A program made the position numbers and the translations under genes. Below the pieces are notes generated by a model. It saw nothing but the letters and a program-made list of their open reading frames with translations, had not been told where the DNA came from and did not search any database. From NCBI GenBank assembly GCA_963777505.1, contig CAVZQN010000004.1:928001-992000 (forward strand): a stretch of 64,000 nt of DNA, given 5' to 3'. The DNA is from an uncultured bacterium (GTDB lineage Bacteria > Acidobacteriota > HRBIN11 > JAKEFK01). Of the stretch, positions 10,901 to 20,609 are shown in pieces; position 1 is the first letter of the stretch, and each line of letters begins with the position of its first letter.

Positions 10901-11031
10901 CACGATACAAAATCTCTGAAGGAATTCAAATTCCACCGGGTGGCATTATTTTGACCTCACCTCTCGGGGGGAAGGAAGTTGTAATCAAGGAAGTGCCTGC
11001 GGAAGTAGTATTACAGAATCATAGCAATTGA
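7990..11031 (+). CDS. Discoidin (F5/8, CBM32) domain protein with a C-terminal (alpha/alpha)6 glycoside hydrolase-like domain
   Basis: SASS...AMDGNRETLWKSG F5/8 motif; QPGSRAYARSWIRDG and ESISHEGY...HSYWDDF motifs; signal peptide; operonic with GH144 and GH3. Confidence 0.7.
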   Translation: MKRLTTSVMALLLALSLYASKEQVLDNFEEISSWEPAPAEGVKLELNEGEGYSGKALKIDFDYQGNSGWAAFRKKFSLKLPENYEFSFWVRAEAPVTHFEFKLIDSTGQNVWWVNKRNFEYPKDWKKVTIKKRQISFAWGPSGGGEIREISTIEFAITSAAGGKGTVWLDELSFRELPPVKPYSNVPATSASSDVAGFPAKNAMDGNRETLWKSGSGLQQFYEIDFHQVRELGGMIIDWDEQNFARKYEIQLSEDKSNWTTLSTIQDSNGGHDYLYLPETETRYLRIRLVEGNSPKGFGIREIEIKPLEFASSPNAFFSSIAKDAQRGFYPRGFSGELAYWTVVGVDRAPDEALLNEDGAFEPSIASYSIEPFVFVNNKLITWSDVKTEQSLLEEYLPIPSVRWIHEGFFLDITASASNAQTEVQYRLTNRKNNASTMKLFLTVRPFQVNPPSQFLNTPGGTVPIHNLKWDQNKLAINEKHFVFTTSPPSGFGASSFHSGDISEFLNAGKLPASKDVLDSFGYASGAFEYEFALEPGAKKDITISTSQFFSETNHEDFKNVLNRVQIRLPEEAKSFVNTLKSNHAYILINRDGPAIQPGSRAYARSWIRDGSLTSTALLRLGNAKAAKEFIEWYSKFQYPNGKVPCCVDARGADPVPEHDSHGEFIYIIAEYYRYTKDREFLTKLWPNVAKAVQYIDSLRRERRTPEFQKPEKRMFYGLLPESISHEGYSAKPVHSYWDDFFALRGLKDAVEIATALGKEKEQKEFSLIRDEFKADLYTSLQQTIAHHKIDYIPGSADLGDFDPTSTTIAIAPGDELENLPQKELHQTFERYYQESMQRVAGSKWEGYTPYELRNVGIFIRLGWKERAHELLQFFMQHRRPAGWNHWAEVVFRDPRAAKFIGDMPHTWVGSDFIRSFLDFFTYERGHDQSLVLGAGVLAEWAQSPDGVSIQNLQTEYGPLTYSLTATSNEARYKISEGIQIPPGGIILTSPLGGKEVVIKEVPAEVVLQNHSN

Positions 11032-11053
11032 CAGCTGGAGGTTCAGCCAGATT

Positions 11054-13310
11054 ATGAAACGTATCGCGATTACAATTTTTATTCTGATTGCATGCCTTAG
11101 TTTTTTTGCGCCTCAAAATTTTGCTAAGCCCGAAACCGCAACCGTAGCAGACACATCAATTGAAGAAAAAGTTAATGCGATTGTGTCAAAAATGACAATA
11201 GAGGAAAAACTCGGGCAGCTAAATCAACTGGCAGGAGGTGGTGAGTGGAATACGGAAAGAACTTCCATCGGAATTTCAAAGGAACAAGTTGAACTTCTGC
11301 GGAAGGGTCTGGTTGGTTCATTTCTGAGTGTTGCTGGTACTGAAACCTTGAAAGAAATCCAGCGGATTGCAATTGAAGAATCAAGATTGAAAATTCCCGT
11401 GATGTTTGCATTCGATGTGATTCATGGTTACAGAACGATTTTTCCGATCCCTCTTGCGGAGTCGTGCACCTGGGAGCCTGAATTATTGCAGCAGGCCGCA
11501 CGCGTTGCCGCACTTGAAGCATCCGCATCCGGATTGCATTGGACATTTGCTCCGATGGTTGATATTGCTCGCGATCCAAGATGGGGGCGGATCCTGGAAG
11601 GATCGGGTGAAGATCCTTATTTAGGATCTGTCATTGCAGCAGCGCGTGTAAAAGGTTTTCAAGGTGAGCGGCTCGATCAGCAGGGATCTATGTTGGCATG
11701 TGCAAAACATTTTGCTGGCCTACGGCGCAGCGGAAGCAGGACGCGATTATAACACTGTGGATATTTCCGAACGCACCTTATGGGAAATTTATTTACCTCC
11801 ATTTAAAGCTGCTGTTGATGCAGGTGTAGGAAGTTTTATGACTTCGTTTAACGAAATCGCTGGAGTTCCAAGCACATCAAACAAAACGTTGCTAACCACA
11901 ATCCTTCGCGATAAATGGAAATTTGATGGCCTTGTTGTGAGCGACTGGACTGCAGTGAAGGAACTAATGCAACACGGGGTTGCAGCAACAGGCGAGGAGG
12001 CAGGCCTTCTTGCACTGAATGCGGGCACTGATATTGATATGGTTAGCGAAATTTATGTAAAGGATTTGCCCGCATTGGTTCGTGCGAACCGGATTTCGAA
12101 TGCAATTGTTGACGAAGCGGTGCGTAGAGTGTTGCGCGCAAAATTCAGACTCGGCTTATTTGATAAACCCTATCAAAATGCCGATCTACATCGCGCGAAA
12201 CAATTGATCCTTCATCCTGACCACAGACAGCTCGCGCGTAAAGTTGCTCAAAAATCAATAGTGTTGCTGAAAAATCAAAATGCGCTTCTCCCATTGAGCA
12301 AAACTACAAAAACGATTGCGTTAATCGGTCCGTTGGCTGACAACAAAAAAGATTTGTTAGGCGGATGGGCCGCATTAGGAAAGCCTGATGATGTTGTTAC
12401 TGTTCTGGAAGGCATCCGCAAAAAGATTTCACCACAAACCAAAATTGAATACACAAAAGGATGCGATTTTCAGGGTGAGTGCGGTTCTTCGCTTTCGGAA
12501 GCAGAACAGCTTGCATCGCATTCCGATGTTGTAATCATCGTTGCTGGAGAAAATTCAGACATGAGTGCTGAAGCTGCGAGCCGATCTATGATCGATTTGC
12601 CTGGAAATCAAGAGCAACTGATTCGCGCGATTCACAAAACTGGAAAGCCGGTAATTGTCGTTTTAATGAATGGACGTCCCTTAACAATCCCGTGGATAGC
12701 AGAAAATATTCCGGCGATTCTTGAAACCTGGTTTTTAGGGGTTGAAGCAGGGAACGCAATTGCAGATGTTCTGTTCGGTGATGTGAACCCATCCGGAAAA
12801 CTGACTGCAACATTCCCGCGGAACGTCGGTCAAATTCCAATTTATTACAATCACAAAAATACAGGCCGTCCGTTATCAGAAGAGAAATACACATCAAAAT
12901 ATATTGATGTTCCTAACACGCCGCAGTATCCATTTGGATTTGGCTTAAGTTACACAACTTTTGAGTATCAAAATCTTCAGGTGAATCCAAAACAGATCAG
13001 CAGTAACCAAACTGTCTCAGTCACAGTTGATGTTAGGAACACGGGGAAGCGAGCAGGTGATGAGACTGTGCAGTTATATATTCAGGATAAAGTTGCTAAC
13101 GTAACTCGGCCGGTTAAAGAATTAAAAGCGTTCAAAAAAATTACTCTGACTCCCGAAGAGAAAACAACTGTTACATTCACCATTACACTGGAACAGCTTG
13201 CTTTTTATAATCTGGAAATGAAGCGTGTTACAGAACCAGGAATGTTCCGGGTATTTGTTGGTGGAAATTCACGGGAAGTTCTCAATGCGGAGTTCGAACT
13301 AAAGAACTAA
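11054..13310 (+). CDS. bglX: GH3 beta-glucosidase (BglX-like), split by an apparent +1 frameshift at ~11717
   Basis: MTIEEKLGQL, DVIHG, DPRWGR..EGSGED, KHF, VSDW nucleophile, Fn3-like tail. ttt gct ggcc tac should read F-A-A-Y; one extra G joins ORFs 11054..11752 and 11664..13310. Confidence 0.85.
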
Positions 13311-13345
13311 GGCCAGAGGGGCAGAGGAGCCGAGGAGCAGAGGGG
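13311..13345 (+). repeat. Short purine-rich tandem repeat; shares an exact 23-mer with 2831-2853
   Basis: cagaggagccgaggagcagaggg at 13322-13344 and 2831-2853. Confidence 0.65.
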
Positions 13346-13346
13346 A

Positions 13347-14045
13347 TTAAAAAACTTTCGGGATGAAGCCAGGAACGCGCTTTCGATAATCCAGATATTC
13401 TTGTCCGAAGTTTTTGACTAAATCACGTTCTTCAAAGTATGTGCCTAATAGCGCATAGATCGTGAACAAAGCATTCCATTGCAAACGCGATAAGGTCATT
13501 GATTCATGGGACCACATTGCAATGATCAACAACGATGTAAGCGGATGCCTGATCCGTCCGTAAAGACCGCTGGTTTGTAAGCCTTTGTCAGGCAATTCTA
13601 CTTTTTTCCAAAGTGCGTAGCCTTGCTTCAATCCAAACATTGAATTGTGGTTCAAGTTTCTTATTGCAAGCAGGATTAAGGTAATTGCAAAATAAAATGC
13701 CAGATCAAATGGCAATGATGTTTGGAATCGGTATAAGAAAGGTCCAAAGCGCTGCCATCCAAAAATGATAATCAACATTGCAATGCCTGAAGTTGCAACA
13801 TAAATCGGCCGTTCAAGTAGTGGAGGGCCCAGCTTCTGGATTTTTTCTTTTATGGATGTTCGTGCCAAAACAGAATGTTGAATCGGGAAAATCATAAACA
13901 ATGCTGTATTTGAAATCACCGCTTGCCAGGAAAAAGGCGCAACAGTCTGATCAATTCCAAACTGAATAAACCAGAAGAATAAAACCATCGAGCCGACGCC
14001 GGCGACATAACAAAGTATAGATACAATAAAATAAATCACGCGCAT
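13347..14045 (-). CDS. Isoprenylcysteine carboxyl methyltransferase family membrane protein (MddA/NnrU-like)
   Basis: QHSVLAR, ERPIYV, GLYGRIRHP and EERDLV..FG..Y..YR..VP motifs; multiple TM helices. Confidence 0.7.
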   Translation of the reverse strand: MRVIYFIVSILCYVAGVGSMVLFFWFIQFGIDQTVAPFSWQAVISNTALFMIFPIQHSVLARTSIKEKIQKLGPPLLERPIYVATSGIAMLIIIFGWQRFGPFLYRFQTSLPFDLAFYFAITLILLAIRNLNHNSMFGLKQGYALWKKVELPDKGLQTSGLYGRIRHPLTSLLIIAMWSHESMTLSRLQWNALFTIYALLGTYFEERDLVKNFGQEYLDYRKRVPGFIPKVF

Positions 14046-14088
14046 GATTTTACTTTAATTCTTTGCGGCTTTGTGGTTTATAAATCTT

Positions 14089-14937
14089 ATGAAGATAGTG
14101 ATTTTGGTCATCATAATAAGTGCAATCTTTTTATTGATCTATCGCTTGCTTAAGCGATATAGACGATGGATTCAAAAGATTTCAGCTTGCGGATTTTCTA
14201 ATCCGCCGAATCCCAAATCTTTTGCCTTCGCGGTTTGGCTCGTTCGAATCCTGACATTTATTCAAGTTGGTGAAGTTCGAGTGATCGGCCGGGAAAATTT
14301 AAAGAAGCAGGATCCGGTCATCATATGCCCGAATCATCCACATTACATCGACGCAGCCATCGTTCCAATTTTAATGGAGAGACAGGGACGATATATGCTT
14401 GATGAAGATGTCTTACGTTTTGGCTTCGGATTGGGAGCTCTTATTTGTGTACCCGCCGGCGGATTCCCCGTGCGCGATGGAACTCGCGGCAGCAATTTGC
14501 ACGCATGCGAGGCAGGAGCTCAATATCTCGCTTCCGGCTACACGCTATTGATTTTTCCTGAAGGCCACACAAATTTTAGTTTGAAAATGCAGCCTTTAAA
14601 AAAAGGTGCAATTCGCATCGCAAGATTGGCTGAGAACAAACTTGGAAGGCCGGTGTTTATTGTGCCGGCTCATATACGTTACGGACGATATCCTTCCGGA
14701 TGGATTCGAAAAATAAAGCCTCCATTACAATACTTTATTGTTTTTCTAGGATTTTTTTATTTCCGGCGCGGCGCAACCGTAATCTTTGGTGAACCTATAT
14801 CAACTTCTGATCTTCCAGCATCAGAAAAGTTAGCCTGCAATTTCCTGGCTGAAAAGATTCAGTCGTTGGATACAGGCGAACGGAGTTACGGAGTCGATAA
14901 AGGAATATACGATAGCTTTGCGTTAACCAAGCTATAA
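14089..14937 (+). CDS. Lysophospholipid acyltransferase (PlsC family)
   Basis: NHPHYID (HX4D) and LLIFPEG motifs; N-terminal TM helix. Confidence 0.8.
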   Translation: MKIVILVIIISAIFLLIYRLLKRYRRWIQKISACGFSNPPNPKSFAFAVWLVRILTFIQVGEVRVIGRENLKKQDPVIICPNHPHYIDAAIVPILMERQGRYMLDEDVLRFGFGLGALICVPAGGFPVRDGTRGSNLHACEAGAQYLASGYTLLIFPEGHTNFSLKMQPLKKGAIRIARLAENKLGRPVFIVPAHIRYGRYPSGWIRKIKPPLQYFIVFLGFFYFRRGATVIFGEPISTSDLPASEKLACNFLAEKIQSLDTGERSYGVDKGIYDSFALTKL

Positions 14938-15875
14938 GGGAATGCTTTATCCACAGCTTTCATTGATACTTCTAAAGACTCAGCAGTACCCGTTGCATTA
15001 ATCGTTGTAAATGGAAAACTTTGCGGCACAATCTGTCCGTTCGGTTGAACCCTTACCGTAAAACTTTCAGTCCATAAGACCTGTCCGTTTTTTGCATTTT
15101 TATGCTTAACCGTTGCACTTAATGTTGCTGGGATCGGTTCCGGATCAAAAGGCGTAATTTTCCCTTGAATTTTTACTGTGCCATTTAATTGAAATCCCGG
15201 CTGACCTTGAACTTTCAGAATGTAAGGTCCAAATGACTCTCCTTTCAATCTGTCTTCAATGTAATTCACATATGTGTAAACGATTTGCGGCCCAGCGGTT
15301 GGCGCTAAAGTTTCTTCTAATGATTCAGAATTTGCCAATGCTCCCAGAGTATGTGTTGCATTGAAAAGGATGCGTCCAGCGGGAAGCGGCTTGTCAACAG
15401 GGATAACGGTTATGTTCAGAACGTCTCTGACACTAAAGACCTGAAAATCCGTAACAGGAAGATTCTGCAAAAGAATATTCCCATCACTTTGAACGTTGAC
15501 ATCGTAAGAACTGGATGAAAGGGTTGCACCACCAGGATTGTTATGTTTTACAACAAGCCTGAGTTTCGTAGGTAAAGCTGCGCCCGCAGTTTGTGGCGTG
15601 ATTTTCCCTTTCACAATCAATCTTCCGATTAACAATATGGTTTGTGTTTCTTCATTAATTGATTGTGCAGAAATACCAAAGGCTACTTTGCCAATTCCAG
15701 TAGCTTTCACTGGAGCGGAGTATACAATTTGCGCTTTGCCGTTAGCCGCTAATTTGTAGGCTCTTTGCGCCCAGCGTTTCACTGATGAATAAGTTGACGA
15801 TTTTGAAAAACCTAACCAGAACAGTGACAGCAGAATTACAGTAACTGTGAGAAATTTACGATGTTTGAGAAACAT
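14886..15875 (-). CDS. Hypothetical secreted protein with two internally duplicated beta-rich domains
   Basis: ATG at 15875 with GGAGG RBS; signal-like N-terminus; the pattern QIVY...GKITP...P..L...VKH.N...V.VQ..G.I..Q..P occurs twice. Confidence 0.6.
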   Translation of the reverse strand: MFLKHRKFLTVTVILLSLFWLGFSKSSTYSSVKRWAQRAYKLAANGKAQIVYSAPVKATGIGKVAFGISAQSINEETQTILLIGRLIVKGKITPQTAGAALPTKLRLVVKHNNPGGATLSSSSYDVNVQSDGNILLQNLPVTDFQVFSVRDVLNITVIPVDKPLPAGRILFNATHTLGALANSESLEETLAPTAGPQIVYTYVNYIEDRLKGESFGPYILKVQGQPGFQLNGTVKIQGKITPFDPEPIPATLSATVKHKNAKNGQVLWTESFTVRVQPNGQIVPQSFPFTTINATGTAESLEVSMKAVDKAFPYSLVNAKLSYIPLSTP

Positions 15876-16059
15876 GCAGTAAGCCTCCGAAAAGGATAGG
15901 TGGGAAGGAAACCTCTTCACCCTCGCGGAAATTATAGCACCGAAGAGGTAAATAGAATCCGTTGATTTTTTCGAATACCAATTGAGGAGAGCTTTGCGGT
16001 GACAGGGGCGATTACTTATGTTAAGATGATGGCCTTTAAGTCCGAGGAACACTCTCTCC

Positions 16060-16572
16060 ATGTCCAAAGAACAAAATTCCTTTGATATCGTCTCAAAAAT
16101 TGAAACGCAGGAAGTGAATAATGCTGTCCAGCAGGCAATGAAAGAAATTGCTCAGCGGTTTGATTTTAAAGGCAGCAAAAGCAACATCACATTCGATGGT
16201 AAAGAAGAACTCGTTATTATTTCCGACAATGAGCAAAAATTGAAGAGCGTTGTCGATATTTTGAAGGAAAAGCTCGTAAAGAGAAAAGTTCCATTGAATG
16301 GGATTATTTATGAAAAATTTCAACCAGCTGCGGGGGATACAGTTCGTCAAGTCGCCAAACTTCAGCAAGGAATTCCTTCAGAAAAAGCAAAAGAAATCGT
16401 AAAAATCATAAAAAACAGTAAGCTGAGAAAAGTTCAGGCAAGTATTCAAGCGGATCAGGTTCGAATCACAAGCGCTAGCAGAGACGAATTGCAGGAAGTG
16501 ATTAAGATGCTTAGAGAGAGCGAAGCGAGTCTCGGGATTCCGCTGCAATATACGAATTACAGGTCGAATTAG
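16060..16572 (+). CDS. yajQ: YajQ family nucleotide/c-di-GMP-binding protein
   Basis: SFDIVSK...EVNNAVQQA.KEI.QRFDFKGS, VQASIQ.DQVR, C-terminal QYTNYR. Confidence 0.92.
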   Translation: MSKEQNSFDIVSKIETQEVNNAVQQAMKEIAQRFDFKGSKSNITFDGKEELVIISDNEQKLKSVVDILKEKLVKRKVPLNGIIYEKFQPAAGDTVRQVAKLQQGIPSEKAKEIVKIIKNSKLRKVQASIQADQVRITSASRDELQEVIKMLRESEASLGIPLQYTNYRSN

Positions 16573-16614
16573 TCACCGCGAAGACACTTTGTGACTTTGT
16601 GGTAAATAACAATC

Positions 16615-17622
16615 ATGATTAAGCAACTACCACAGGAAATGTCGTTTTTTTCGCCGGCTCTTACCACGCATATTGAGGAAAAATTAGGATCCGTTGAATT
16701 GGAGCTCGAAAAGTATATGAACTCCGAAATCGACATTATTTCCCGCATGGGACAGTATATTTTTCAAAGCGGGGGGAAGAGGATTCGTCCACTTGTCTTA
16801 ATCCTTAGTTCGAGAATTGCTGGCTATAAAGGCGATTACGATATTCTATTTGCTTCGATTGTGGAGTTCGTTCACACGGCTACTTTAATTCACGATGACA
16901 TCATCGATGAAGCAACACAACGCCGCGGCCAGGCATCAGTAAATTCCAAATGGGGCAACAGCCTGACCGTCTTAATGGGTGATTATCTTTACATTAAAGC
17001 GATGTCGCTTGCGCTAACACGTGAGAATATGCGCATTCTTCGTCTGATTTCGGATATTACTCTGCGGATGCTTGAAGGCGAAATGATTAGTCTTGAACGG
17101 GATGGTGATATTGAAGTCTCCGAACTGGATCATCTAAATCTAATACGCCGCAAAACTGCGTATCTGTTTTCTGGATGCGCTCAAATTGGCGGAATTCTAG
17201 GCCGCGTCACACATCAACAAGAAGCAGCATTACAAAATTTCGGACTCAATCTCGGAATGGCCTTTCAACTAATTGATGACTTGCTCGATTTTACTTCGAC
17301 TGAACACATTCTTGGAAAACCTGTAGGGCACGACTTGAAAGAAGGAAAAATCACGCTTCCTTTGATTTACTTGCTTGAACGTGCCGACGGAAATCAAGAT
17401 GTTCAAAACATCCGTACAGCTCTGATACAGAAAAAATACGATACTCTTACCCGCGAACAATTGATGGGTCATATGGTTCGCGTAAACGCGTTCTCTGATG
17501 CCGAACAAAAAGCTAAACACTTTGCTGCCCTGGCAAAAGAGGATCTATCAGTCTTTGAATCCTCCGATGCAAAGACTGCCATGCTGGATCTTCTCGATTT
17601 TGTTATTCAGCGTAGCTGGTAA
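16615..17622 (+). CDS. Polyprenyl diphosphate synthase (IspB/HepT-like)
   Basis: GGKRIRP, HDDIID...RRG, RKTA and FQLIDDLLD aspartate-rich motifs. Confidence 0.9.
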   Translation: MIKQLPQEMSFFSPALTTHIEEKLGSVELELEKYMNSEIDIISRMGQYIFQSGGKRIRPLVLILSSRIAGYKGDYDILFASIVEFVHTATLIHDDIIDEATQRRGQASVNSKWGNSLTVLMGDYLYIKAMSLALTRENMRILRLISDITLRMLEGEMISLERDGDIEVSELDHLNLIRRKTAYLFSGCAQIGGILGRVTHQQEAALQNFGLNLGMAFQLIDDLLDFTSTEHILGKPVGHDLKEGKITLPLIYLLERADGNQDVQNIRTALIQKKYDTLTREQLMGHMVRVNAFSDAEQKAKHFAALAKEDLSVFESSDAKTAMLDLLDFVIQRSW

Positions 17623-17646
17623 CAGTCTTATAATCGGCGCGACTCC

Positions 17647-18411
17647 ATGAAAGCCTGGTTCACTTCAGCCTGGCGAATTTTCAAGAATATTCTCGGTTTC
17701 TTTCTCATCTTCTGGTTTGCTTTTACGATTTATTGCCTGTTCTCAGTTCCAGAACTCTGTACACTGAAGACAAAGAATCCCAAAACGACTGCATTTCAGG
17801 AACTTCGCAAAAAACAATGGGAAGCGAAAAAAAAGAAACGCAAAATTGTTCAATACTGGGTTCCGCTTTCTAAAATTTCTAGAAATCTAAGAAATGCGGT
17901 TCTGGTTGCTGAAGATCCTAATTTTTACAAACATGGCGGACTCGACTTTTATCAAATCAAACTTGCATTTGAAGAAAATTGGGAGGAGAAAAGCATTGTT
18001 CGTGGCGCGAGCACAATTACACAGCAACTAATTAAGAATCTCTATTTATCGCCTTCCCAAAATCCGTTGCGCAAATGGAAGGAAGCCATTCTGGCGCTCC
18101 GTATCGAACGTTGTGTTTCAAAAGATAGATTGTTTGAAACGTATTTGAACGTGATTGAGTGGGGCGAATCAACGTATGGAGCTGAAGCCGCCTCGCGCAG
18201 ATACTTTGGGAAATCTACCTCAACCTTGACGCCTGCGGAATCGGCGTTACTTGCAGCGATGATTCCGAATCCAATTGCTCGAAATCCTTACAAGTGGAAT
18301 CCAAAGCTTCACCGGAAGAAAAACATTATATTGAAGCTGATGCGGCAGTCAGGCAAAATTACAAGATCTGAATATGATGCCGCCGTGAATGAAAAGATTG
18401 GATTGCGTTAG
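17647..18411 (+). CDS. mtgA: Monofunctional peptidoglycan transglycosylase
   Basis: GT51 motifs EDPNFYKHGG, RGASTITQQLIKNL, RKWKE, YLNVIEWG...YGAEAASR.YF. Confidence 0.9.
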   Translation: MKAWFTSAWRIFKNILGFFLIFWFAFTIYCLFSVPELCTLKTKNPKTTAFQELRKKQWEAKKKKRKIVQYWVPLSKISRNLRNAVLVAEDPNFYKHGGLDFYQIKLAFEENWEEKSIVRGASTITQQLIKNLYLSPSQNPLRKWKEAILALRIERCVSKDRLFETYLNVIEWGESTYGAEAASRRYFGKSTSTLTPAESALLAAMIPNPIARNPYKWNPKLHRKKNIILKLMRQSGKITRSEYDAAVNEKIGLR

Positions 18412-18414
18412 GAA

Positions 18415-18466
18415 GGCGGACCAGAGGTCCGCGGTCCCCGAGGCGGACGGGACGTCTGCGGTCCCT
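18415..18466 (+). repeat. Two REP-like palindromic units of the RAYT-associated family
   Basis: gcggaccagaggtccgcggtccc and gcggacgggacgtctgcggtccc; same family as the repeats flanking 26160-26855. Confidence 0.8.
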
Positions 18467-18510
18467 TTAGTCTCCAGTGCTATAATTTCATGTTTTGGTA
18501 GGTAAGATTC

Positions 18511-19152
18511 ATGTCAAAAGACAATCTCGTGTTTGGTTTGGGTGGAGTTGTACTCGGAATCATTGTTGGTGTTTTGATTGCAAACTTTAGCGGAAGCTCG
18601 AGAAATCAGAGCGGGTTTGCTCAAAATATGACACCGGCGCAACAAGCTCCGCAAATGCAGTCTCAGGGACAACAAATCCCTGCTCAAGGGGAATTGCCGG
18701 AAGGTCATCCGGCTATCGATGAAAATGCCTTGCGTGAACAGCTTGTAAAACAAGAAGAGATTTTGAAAACGAAACCAGGCGATCAAGATGCGCTTGTTTC
18801 GGCAGCAAACTTAAATTTCGATTTGAAGAATTATGAAAAGGCTGCAGAGCTTTATGATCGGGCTGTTAAGAACGATCCAAACAATGTGAATTTGATTACA
18901 GACTTGGGAAGCAGCTGGTTATGGATGAATCAACCGGTGAAGGCGATTGAGTATTATGATCGTTCTTTGAAGCTTGATCCAAATCATTTTCAAACATTGA
19001 TGAATCTTGGAATTGCACGTATGAGTTCAGGCAATCGGCCTGGTGCAGCTGAAGCCTGGGAGAAACTCGTTTCTGTTTATCCGGATCACCCAGAAGCTCA
19101 GATGCTGCGTGATGCGATTAAACGTTTAAGGGAGAAACCATCAGGATCATGA
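18511..19152 (+). CDS. Membrane-anchored TPR protein with LPEGHP motif
   Basis: N-terminal TM, Gln/Pro-rich linker, LPEGHPAI, several TPR repeats. Confidence 0.75.
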   Translation: MSKDNLVFGLGGVVLGIIVGVLIANFSGSSRNQSGFAQNMTPAQQAPQMQSQGQQIPAQGELPEGHPAIDENALREQLVKQEEILKTKPGDQDALVSAANLNFDLKNYEKAAELYDRAVKNDPNNVNLITDLGSSWLWMNQPVKAIEYYDRSLKLDPNHFQTLMNLGIARMSSGNRPGAAEAWEKLVSVYPDHPEAQMLRDAIKRLREKPSGS

Positions 19153-19925
19153 GCAGCTTTGATGAAGAAAAAATCAGACGCGATATAGTTGAAGTAGGGC
19201 GCCGCATGTACGCTCGTGCACTCATAGCTGGTGGTGACGGCAACATCAGCGTTTTGCGGGAAGATGGCTTGATCATGGCCACACCGACAGGTATGAGCAA
19301 AGGTTTCTTAGAAGCCGACGATATTGTTGTAACGGATCGCAACGGCAAAAAAGTAAAAGGAAAGCGTGAGCCCTCAACCGAGTTGTTGATGCATCTTGTG
19401 TGTTATAAGAATCGTCCGGATGTTCGTGCCGTAGTCCATGCTCATCCCCAAACATGTACCGGTTTTGCCGTAGCAGGCATACCACTGGATAAAGCGCTTC
19501 TTGCCGAAGTAGTTGTTACGTTTGGTTGTATTCCCATAGCGCCTTACGGTACTCCGTCAACGGAAGAATTGGCGACCAGTATTGATGATTACATCAAGAA
19601 ACATGATGCGCTTTTGCTGGCTAATCATGGAGCCCTTACGGTAGGCCATGAACTTTATGCGACTTATTTCAAAATGGAAACGTTGGAACATTTTGCCAAA
19701 ATAAATCTTGTTGCACGGATGTTAGGTCAAGAAAATATCTTGCCCGCAAACGAAGTTGCAAAACTAGCAGCTCTTCGCTCTCGTTACGGCTTGACAGGCC
19801 CCGATCCTTTTGCGGAGGGTTGTCCCATTCCGTTGGAGACTTCAGGCACGGGTGAAGAGCGAATCACACTGACACGGTCCCAGCTTATTTCTCTCATCTC
19901 TGAAGCCATAAAAGCCCTGAATTAA
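19149..19925 (+). CDS. Class II aldolase/adducin family protein (FucA-like)
   Basis: GDGNIS, TPTG.SK, PSTE...H, VVHAHP and LLANHG Zn-binding motifs. Confidence 0.85.
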   Translation: MSSFDEEKIRRDIVEVGRRMYARALIAGGDGNISVLREDGLIMATPTGMSKGFLEADDIVVTDRNGKKVKGKREPSTELLMHLVCYKNRPDVRAVVHAHPQTCTGFAVAGIPLDKALLAEVVVTFGCIPIAPYGTPSTEELATSIDDYIKKHDALLLANHGALTVGHELYATYFKMETLEHFAKINLVARMLGQENILPANEVAKLAALRSRYGLTGPDPFAEGCPIPLETSGTGEERITLTRSQLISLISEAIKALN

Positions 19926-20000
19926 GACGATTCTCCTCGTGAAACCTTTCGTGCATTCCTGAAAAAATTGTTGTATTCTTTTTTGATGAGGTGGTCGTCT

Positions 20001-20609
20001 ATGAAAAAGTTGTTTCAACTGGCGGTTTTAGCCATTTTTCTAATTACAGGATCACTGGTCTACAGCCAGCAAACTCAAACTCAACCACAGACTTCTGAGG
20101 CATCTACAGATTCTCCGCTCATGGAAGCCGCGAAAAAAGAAAGAGAGCGACGCGAAAAATCAAAGGACGTTGGAAAACCGGTCAAATCATTTACGAACCA
20201 GGATATTGAAGAGTTCAAAATCAAAAATAAGGACTATGAATCATCATCCGCCGAAAGTGAACCGGTCGAAGAGGTAACTGATCCTTCAACAACTCCAGAA
20301 TCAACGACACCTGATCCTGCTCAAGATGAAGAGCAGTGGAGAAAACGGTCTCGAGACCTGGCGGAACGTACGAAAAATGCCGAAGAAAAACTTGAAAAAT
20401 TACAATCCGATGTAAACGCTTTAACACAAGCTTTTTATGCTGAATCGGATGGTGTTGCTCAGCGCGGACAAATAGACGCTGAAAGAACAGCCCGTTTAAA
20501 TGAACTTGAAGCCACAAAAAAAGAATTAGAATCCTCCAGGCAAGCACAGGAAGATTTGCGCGATGAAGCACGAAGAGCCGGCGCACTCCCTGGTTGGATC
20601 GAAGATTAA
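20001..20609 (+). CDS. Hypothetical secreted coiled-coil protein
   Basis: Signal peptide, FTNQDI motif, coiled coil ending ARRAGALPGW. Confidence 0.65.
   Translation: MKKLFQLAVLAIFLITGSLVYSQQTQTQPQTSEASTDSPLMEAAKKERERREKSKDVGKPVKSFTNQDIEEFKIKNKDYESSSAESEPVEEVTDPSTTPESTTPDPAQDEEQWRKRSRDLAERTKNAEEKLEKLQSDVNALTQAFYAESDGVAQRGQIDAERTARLNELEATKKELESSRQAQEDLRDEARRAGALPGWIED

Noticed and set aside
11700-11760. Programmed ribosomal frameshift in the GH3 gene (and the three other split genes)
   Set aside because: No slippery heptamer or stimulatory structure; single-base insertions in unrelated genes fit sequencing error better.
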